From NCBI GenBank assembly GCA_964397255.1, contig CAYNHQ010000004.1, positions 186,480-250,479 of the forward strand: 64,000 bases of DNA, written 5' to 3'. This DNA comes from an uncultured bacterium. GTDB taxonomy: Bacteria > Bdellovibrionota_G > JALEGL01 > DATDPG01. The notes beneath the pieces were generated by a model. That model was not told where the DNA came from. It saw only the letters and a program-made list of their open reading frames with translations, and did no database searches. Within the stretch, counting starts at the first letter, position 1; the number at the start of each line of letters is the position of its first letter. Both the position numbers and the translations under genes were made by a program. Shown in pieces: positions 58,313-64,000 of the stretch.

Positions 58313-59616
58313 GTCTTTTCGAACGTTCCCACCAGTTCAACGTGGTAGGTCTGCGGAAACATGTCGTAAGGTTGTGTCGAAATTAGTTTGAAGCCCAGCG
58401 GGGCGAGGGCCTTCACGTCCCGTGCGAATGTCGCAGGAGAGCAAGAAACATAGAGGAGCTGCTTGATCCCAAGCTTCGGAATTGTCTCGATAATTCCGGG
58501 CAGTAATCCTTTTCTCGGTGGATCAACGACCGCCGTATCAAATTGTTCTCCCTCCGCGAAGAGGCGTTGAACAATCCGATCTGCTTTGCCCGCGCGAAAT
58601 TTTGCCAGTTCATGAAGTTGATTTTCTTTAGCGGATCGCTCCGCCTGCTGAATCGACGGGTATTGAACGTCTATTCCCAGCGTGGAAATATTTTGACGAG
58701 CGAGCGCAAGCGTAAAAAGACCCGCGCCGCAGAAAATGTCTAGAGCTCTCGTCACATTTTGCTTCCGGGCCCAGCGAGTGACATCCGCAACGATTTTTTC
58801 CGTCATCTCGGGATTGATTTGAAAAAATAAATCTGGGCGAACGTGATATTGGATTCCTCCCAATTCCTCTACAAGGGTGTCCGGGCCACAAAGTGAAACG
58901 AACTCCTTTCCGAAGGGAGAATACGAATCCTTGCGGATGAGCGTTGAATAAGCGCTCGTGACTTCCAGTTGTGAAGAGATGTTTTTGAGCGTGTCGTCTA
59001 TGGGAGTTGTAACACTAAAAATAATGGAAGTTTGACCGGTTGTCGTTCTTCTTAGGACGATGTAGGGAAGTTGGAATGCCGGTATTTCGGCAGCGAGGCT
59101 ACGAACGGTTCCCCAGAGCCGGTTGAGCTGTTCGTTTGCAATGGGGCATTGGGGAACATCAATGACTTGATCCCTCCTCCAGGAAACATAACCCTGAGCG
59201 CCCGATTCCGATCGGTGATACGTGACACGATTCCTGTAATTCCAAGTGATGTCGCCGGTGATAAGAGGAGAAACTTCCGGCTTCTCAAGGGAAGCAAGTC
59301 GCGTCAGGGCGTCGCGAACGAATTGGCCCTTTTGTTCCGCAGCCGCTTTGGGAGAAAGATGTTGAAGATGACAACCTCCGCATTCCGAAAAATGTTTGCA
59401 ACGAGGAACGACTCGATCCTTCGATTCTGATTGAATGGCTCGAATGACGGCCCGACCGTATCGCCGCCGGACATCCGTAATTTCCACATCGACTTGATCT
59501 CCGGGTGCGGTGCGGGGAACGAATAATGTGAATCCGTCCGGAAGCGCCACTCCATCTCCTCCATACGCCACGCGATCAATCGTTACAGTGATAGCCTTTC
59601 CTGGAACGAGGTTCAC
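58309..59616 (-). CDS. rlmD: 23S rRNA (uracil-C5)-methyltransferase RlmD/RumA family (TRAM + [4Fe-4S] + SAM MTase)
   Basis: TRAM N-terminus; Cys cluster CKHFSECGGCHLQHL; SAM motif LDIFCGAGLFTLALA; catalytic PPRKG. Confidence 0.8.
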   Translation of the reverse strand: MNLVPGKAITVTIDRVAYGGDGVALPDGFTLFVPRTAPGDQVDVEITDVRRRYGRAVIRAIQSESKDRVVPRCKHFSECGGCHLQHLSPKAAAEQKGQFVRDALTRLASLEKPEVSPLITGDITWNYRNRVTYHRSESGAQGYVSWRRDQVIDVPQCPIANEQLNRLWGTVRSLAAEIPAFQLPYIVLRRTTTGQTSIIFSVTTPIDDTLKNISSQLEVTSAYSTLIRKDSYSPFGKEFVSLCGPDTLVEELGGIQYHVRPDLFFQINPEMTEKIVADVTRWARKQNVTRALDIFCGAGLFTLALARQNISTLGIDVQYPSIQQAERSAKENQLHELAKFRAGKADRIVQRLFAEGEQFDTAVVDPPRKGLLPGIIETIPKLGIKQLLYVSCSPATFARDVKALAPLGFKLISTQPYDMFPQTYHVELVGTFEKT

Positions 59617-59617
59617 A

Positions 59618-61474
59618 TTATTTTTTCCATGTCGCGGCCAGTGTTTGTGAAATCTCTCTCTTCATAGCCATAATTCGCCCTTCGAGCGCCTCATGTTCGC
59701 TAACGAGATTAGCCACTCTGTTACGTGAACGCAGGTTGGCGGACAAATATTGAAGGGCTCTTTTAGCTTCTTGAGGTTCCGTGTTCATAGATTGCCTCGC
59801 CCATTTTAATATCTCTTCATAATGCGCGATTTCAACATGGGTAAAGTCACTCTTGCACTTTAATTCTTTTTCGCGAAGGGCTGAGAGCATTTCTGATTTA
59901 CCTGGAGAATATTGCATGCTCTGAACTCTCGATTTATCAGCTTCTATACTTTGGAGTTCAGCACTGAGCGATTCCATTTCAGGTGTCGCGGACGTAATCT
60001 GCCATGAAGGTTTTGTCGGGATACTTGAGGTTTTTAAAGAAGAAACTGAAACTTTCTCAGTGTCCATATTGCGAATTCGTACGAGCAAAGCTTCGGCGCG
60101 GTTGACTACCGCAAACTTTCCTGTGCGCTTGGCTCTCATAATTTGGGCTACAAATGTTTCTCTTTCAGCAAGTGGTAGGCTTGCACGACCGTTTAATGTT
60201 CGCTCAATATTGGTTAGGTCGGTCCTCGCACGTTCCTCATCGACCACAAAACCATTCCCCTTCCAATCAGCCAATTCATCAATTTTTTCTCGTCCACTTT
60301 GGGTACCAAATTCACGGTCACTTTCATGGTTTTTGACCGATCCATTTGAATTCTTCCCAAAGGTGAATTCTTTTCTAGTGGAGTCTCCGAAAAGCGCGAC
60401 CATCGGTAATGATTTTCCTAAAGAAACTAGCACAGAGGGACCTTTGGGGAATGTCAGTTCAGTAGCGAGTTTCAAAGGTGTCGATCGCATCTCGATCGCC
60501 GCACCCGCAAGCGCGGGAGCTAGCGCTGGTGGCGGAGAAAAGCGTTCGTTAAGGAACGCTTTTGTATCTCTGATGAGAGCCGCCGTGTCTTCAGTAAGGA
60601 TAGTCCTCCCAAGCCGCCCCACTCCCAACCCACCTTGAAGAACACTATAACCCGCAAAAACGAGATCAGTTTCGGCTTCCAGGAATTCGGCCACATTTTT
60701 TGCTTCCGCAGCTCGTCTTCCGGGATCCAGAAACATGGAACTTACAATTGCGGTTGTTGTCCCCTTTGCCATATCTGGAATGGAAATCCCCGCTTCATGG
60801 GCTTCACGAATTCCAATAAAGACCTTGGCGATGATCCCTTGTGGAGCGTAATTCTTCCTGGAAAGGAGAACCATGTCGAACACATTGGCCCCCGTCAGAG
60901 CCCAAATCCCCTCCGCCGTTATCTTAGTAACCACTCGTTCCGGAATCGTCGAAGCTACGAATGCTCTTTGAAGAAAAGGCGCTCTGTCCCATGCCTCATG
61001 CCTGCGAATCTTGTCGTAGGCCACATCATAAGAACCGTCTTCGATTCGAAATACGACGGCAGACCCGTCTCGATTGGAAATCGCCTTAAAAATTAATGCG
61101 TGATCGGTTTGGTGGATCAATTCGCACGTTGAATAGAGTTTGGAAATAAACCAAAGAAATTGCTCGCTGTTCGTGAAAGCGGAATCCATAGAGAGAGCCC
61201 GCTCAATGTCCAGCTTTTTTTCGACATCGGGCCTGGCGAAAGATTCGACAGTGGTCTCCGTAGATGCGCATTCGGATGGAGCCGGTCCGGCCCCGCCAGA
61301 CGCATTTGACAGTGACTGAATTCGTTCGGATTCCTCTTTTTCGTCGATCGACGTGTGAAGGATACACTCCAAATTTCTCTCCAACTCACTCCCCCGAACG
61401 GGTCGAAATTCCACAAAATTATGGACCTGTTGGACCGATACGGCGGCAATGGCAGCTGTAAGAACGACAATCAT
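59618..61474 (-). CDS. Hypothetical 618-aa membrane-anchored protein
   Basis: N-terminal hydrophobic anchor MIVVLTAAIAAVSV. No recognisable domain. Ends 2 nt before the rlmD start. Confidence 0.4.
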   Translation of the reverse strand: MIVVLTAAIAAVSVQQVHNFVEFRPVRGSELERNLECILHTSIDEKEESERIQSLSNASGGAGPAPSECASTETTVESFARPDVEKKLDIERALSMDSAFTNSEQFLWFISKLYSTCELIHQTDHALIFKAISNRDGSAVVFRIEDGSYDVAYDKIRRHEAWDRAPFLQRAFVASTIPERVVTKITAEGIWALTGANVFDMVLLSRKNYAPQGIIAKVFIGIREAHEAGISIPDMAKGTTTAIVSSMFLDPGRRAAEAKNVAEFLEAETDLVFAGYSVLQGGLGVGRLGRTILTEDTAALIRDTKAFLNERFSPPPALAPALAGAAIEMRSTPLKLATELTFPKGPSVLVSLGKSLPMVALFGDSTRKEFTFGKNSNGSVKNHESDREFGTQSGREKIDELADWKGNGFVVDEERARTDLTNIERTLNGRASLPLAERETFVAQIMRAKRTGKFAVVNRAEALLVRIRNMDTEKVSVSSLKTSSIPTKPSWQITSATPEMESLSAELQSIEADKSRVQSMQYSPGKSEMLSALREKELKCKSDFTHVEIAHYEEILKWARQSMNTEPQEAKRALQYLSANLRSRNRVANLVSEHEALEGRIMAMKREISQTLAATWKK

Positions 61475-61520
61475 GAAGATTCCCCTTAACGCGACGTGCT
61501 AAATGAAATGGGGTCAGAAG

Positions 61521-64000
61521 TCAATGGCTTATTGAGTTGTCGCCTGGTTTTGAGCGTTCCAGAGGCGAGAAAATTTCGTAGGCGCAGGGGACGACAAAAA
61601 GGGTAAGGAAGGTCGAGACAATGACTCCTCCAATCACGGCAATCGCCATAGGAATTCGAGTCTCGGCTCCGGGTCCGAGGGCAAGGGCGGGTGGAACGGC
61701 GGCGGCTACAGTGGCGATCGACGTCATGAGAATGGGACGTAGGCGAGTGGGACACGCCAGCAAGAGAGCCTCTCGAACCGACTTTCCTTTTTGACGGACC
61801 TGATTTGTGAAATCGACGAGTAGAATGGAATTCTTTTTAACGATCCCCATCAACAGAAGAAGGCCGATCAAACTAAATACGTTGAGTGACCGATCACTCA
61901 GTCGCAGCGCCAAAAGTCCGCCCGTGATACTGAAGGGAAGGGCGAGAAGAATCGTGATGGGATGGAGGAAACTATTGAACTGTGATCCGAGAACCATATA
62001 AGCGACAGCGATTCCGACCCAGAGAGCAAAGAGGAGACTCTGAAACGATTCCTGAAAAGTTTTCGCTCCTCCCGTTAAAACGGCTCGATAGCCTGGAGGA
62101 AGAACGGAGTTCGCAAACTCCAGCGCTGAATCGATAGCCTTTGTTTGAGATACATTTTTACCTAAATTTGCAAAGATGCCGATGGATCTCTCCCGGTCTC
62201 GTCGTTGAATTGTCTGAAGAGAAGGCTTTTCCGTGACTTTCACCACCTCGGAAAGAGGAATGAGTTCGTTTCGATTGTTTCGGACAAATAAATGCTCGAT
62301 ATCATCTTTTGAAATTCGGTCCTTGGCGAGAAGCCGAACCCTTACATCATAGCGTCTCCCACCTTTTGTATATCGTCCTGCTTCTACGCCGCCGATCCCA
62401 GCATTGATGATGTTTCCGATCGATGAAACGCTCACCCCTCGTTCGGAGGCCTTCACCCGATCAGGGAGAACACGAATTTCCGGCATCCCGACCCGGTAGT
62501 CATTGTCAATGTCTTGATAAAGCCCCGATGCTTTCATCTTCTCCGTGATTCGGGCCGAAAACTCACCCAGTTTGTCCCAGTCGGGACCACGGATGGAAAA
62601 TTCCACCGGAAATCCTCGATCGGCCGTGAATCCTCGTGTGGAAAGATCTTGAACAATCGCCTTAATCCCCGGAATGGCGTTAAGTCCCTTCCTCGCCTCA
62701 TCAATAAACTCGGCCTGCGTCAGTTTTCGTTCCTTGGGTGGCTTGAGTGTGACAAACAAAACTCCCGTATCGACCTCGCCTCCTCCAAAACCACCGACAG
62801 CGGCGAAGTATCGATCTGATTCCGGCCTCTTCATGATGAAAGATTCCGCCTCACGGAATTTCGCGTCGGTGTAATCGATCGACGATCCGATGGGAGCCTG
62901 AAGCCGGACAAAAAACATGCTCTGGTCCTGCGCAGGAACAAATTCCTTTCGAAGGCCACCGACCAAGAAAAGGGACCCCACAAATATTCCGACCGCACCC
63001 ACGACGACGAGCCACTTGAATCGAAGCGCGATGGAAAGGAGTAAACGGTAGAGACGGTTAAACGCACCGAAAAGTTTGTCACTTGCGCGTGTGATGACGT
63101 TGTTGTGGCCCACGCGGAGAAATTGCGAGGACCTCATCGGAGTCAGCGTCAAAGCCTCCAAAAGAGAAAGCATGACGGCAACTGAAATCGTGAGACCGAA
63201 CTGAAAGAAAAATTTTCCGATCACACCTTTCATAAAAGCGACGGGAAGAAAGATGGCGACAATTGCAATCGATGCGGCGATCGCCGCGAACGTAATTTCT
63301 TTGGATCCCTCCAGTGCCGCAAAAAACCTGGATTTTCCCATTTCTCCGTGTCGCGTGATGTTTTCCAAAACCATGATGGCATCGTCCACGACGATACCGA
63401 TGGCGAGAGTCAGCCCCAGGAGCGTGAATGTGTTGAGCGTGAATCCGAGAAAGTAAATAATGAGAAAGGATCCAAGAATGGACGTTGGAATCGCAAGTAA
63501 GACATTGAGTGTGGAAGTCATCGAACCGAGAAAAAGCCAGCAGACAATCGATGTGAGCAGCGCGGAAAGAATCAATGTGAAATTCATCTCCGAAATGGAC
63601 TCCTGAATGAATCGAGTCGAATCAAAGTTGATTCCGAGCGTAAATCCGGGAGGGAGCTGGGGTTTGAGCTCCTCCAACCGTTTTTTTACTTCGTTCGCCA
63701 CAGCGACAGCGTTCGCACCTCGCTGCTTTTTAATCCCAAGGCCGATGGCCGCTTCGCCGTTCACGCGGGCGATTCGGCGCACATCAGCCACACTGTCCTC
63801 CACAGTGGCGACTTCCTTTAAGCGAAACGGCCGGTAAAGAGGCTGGCCTCCCCGCTGATCTATGATGATGTTTTCAAAATCAGAAACGGTGGGGGCTTCA
63901 CCCATCACACGAACGTTGAATTCTTTCGCACTTGTTTCGATTCGTCCCGCGGGGACTTCTTCGTGCTGACTGCGAATGGAGGAAATAACATCGTCCATTG
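61521..64000 (-). CDS. RND efflux transporter permease (AcrB/HAE1 family), 5'-truncated by window edge
   Basis: Large polytopic protein with AcrB-like periplasmic loops and TM bundles. The frame is open to the window edge; the Met at 63998 is internal. Confidence 0.85.
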   Translation of the reverse strand, partial: MDDVISSIRSQHEEVPAGRIETSAKEFNVRVMGEAPTVSDFENIIIDQRGGQPLYRPFRLKEVATVEDSVADVRRIARVNGEAAIGLGIKKQRGANAVAVANEVKKRLEELKPQLPPGFTLGINFDSTRFIQESISEMNFTLILSALLTSIVCWLFLGSMTSTLNVLLAIPTSILGSFLIIYFLGFTLNTFTLLGLTLAIGIVVDDAIMVLENITRHGEMGKSRFFAALEGSKEITFAAIAASIAIVAIFLPVAFMKGVIGKFFFQFGLTISVAVMLSLLEALTLTPMRSSQFLRVGHNNVITRASDKLFGAFNRLYRLLLSIALRFKWLVVVGAVGIFVGSLFLVGGLRKEFVPAQDQSMFFVRLQAPIGSSIDYTDAKFREAESFIMKRPESDRYFAAVGGFGGGEVDTGVLFVTLKPPKERKLTQAEFIDEARKGLNAIPGIKAIVQDLSTRGFTADRGFPVEFSIRGPDWDKLGEFSARITEKMKASGLYQDIDNDYRVGMPEIRVLPDRVKASERGVSVSSIGNIINAGIGGVEAGRYTKGGRRYDVRVRLLAKDRISKDDIEHLFVRNNRNELIPLSEVVKVTEKPSLQTIQRRDRERSIGIFANLGKNVSQTKAIDSALEFANSVLPPGYRAVLTGGAKTFQESFQSLLFALWVGIAVAYMVLGSQFNSFLHPITILLALPFSITGGLLALRLSDRSLNVFSLIGLLLLMGIVKKNSILLVDFTNQVRQKGKSVREALLLACPTRLRPILMTSIATVAAAVPPALALGPGAETRIPMAIAVIGGVIVSTFLTLFVVPCAYEIFSPLERSKPGDNSISH

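Noticed and set aside
1-64000. CRISPR arrays, rRNA genes, additional tRNAs
   Set aside because: No regularly spaced direct repeats and no rRNA-like conserved segments were noticed. Only one tRNA cloverleaf was found. The scan was manual and is not exhaustive.

Overview
This is a 64 kb bacterial chromosomal segment of moderate GC. It is densely coding on both strands and mostly housekeeping. All calls rest on reading the supplied six-frame translations; no database search was run.

Mobile element: the left ~8 kb is an integrative mobilizable element inserted at the 3' end of a tRNA-Met(CAT) gene (391-467). It carries a tyrosine integrase, an AlpA-like excisionase, a MobA-type relaxase with a nested out-of-frame ORF, MobC, and a two-gene cargo operon: a tandem ribbon-helix-helix (RHH) protein and a Schlafen-like AlbA_2/HATPase_c_4 ATPase. 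It also carries a secreted DUF1566 protein. A 20-bp direct repeat of the tRNA 3' end (452-471 and 8353-8372) bounds it.

Backbone genes, left to right:
- A DUF4388/J-domain/TPR gene translationally coupled to hemX-hemA-hemC-hemD-hemB.
- DUF1015, tsaC, purD.
- Several TPR, lipoprotein and hypothetical genes.
- A class I/II aminotransferase and purH.
- A tightly coupled minus-strand operon: atypical TPR Ser/Thr kinase, alr, mlaE, mlaF, mlaD.
- ssb, moaC, a KH-domain protein.
- A DAACS symporter, an amino-acid substrate-binding protein, ftsY, a Na/Pi cotransporter, zapA, ymdB-like, tag, ilvE, mtnA, gatCAB.
- A three-lipoprotein cluster (LpoB-like, large lipoprotein, YcfL/DUF1425-like).
- A Phd/VapC toxin-antitoxin pair.
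- A minimal Tad-like locus (cpaC-cpaF-tadB-tadC) with no flp, cpaB or tadZ, lying divergent from two tandem PilT-family ATPases and a coupled unknown gene.
- rlmD, a 618-aa orphan protein, and a 5'-truncated RND (AcrB-family) permease at the right edge.

A TolC-like outer-membrane protein N-terminus is cut off at the left edge. I found no rRNA or CRISPR array. Where the ORF track's first Met gives an unlikely N-terminal extension overlapping the upstream gene, I give an internal start instead.
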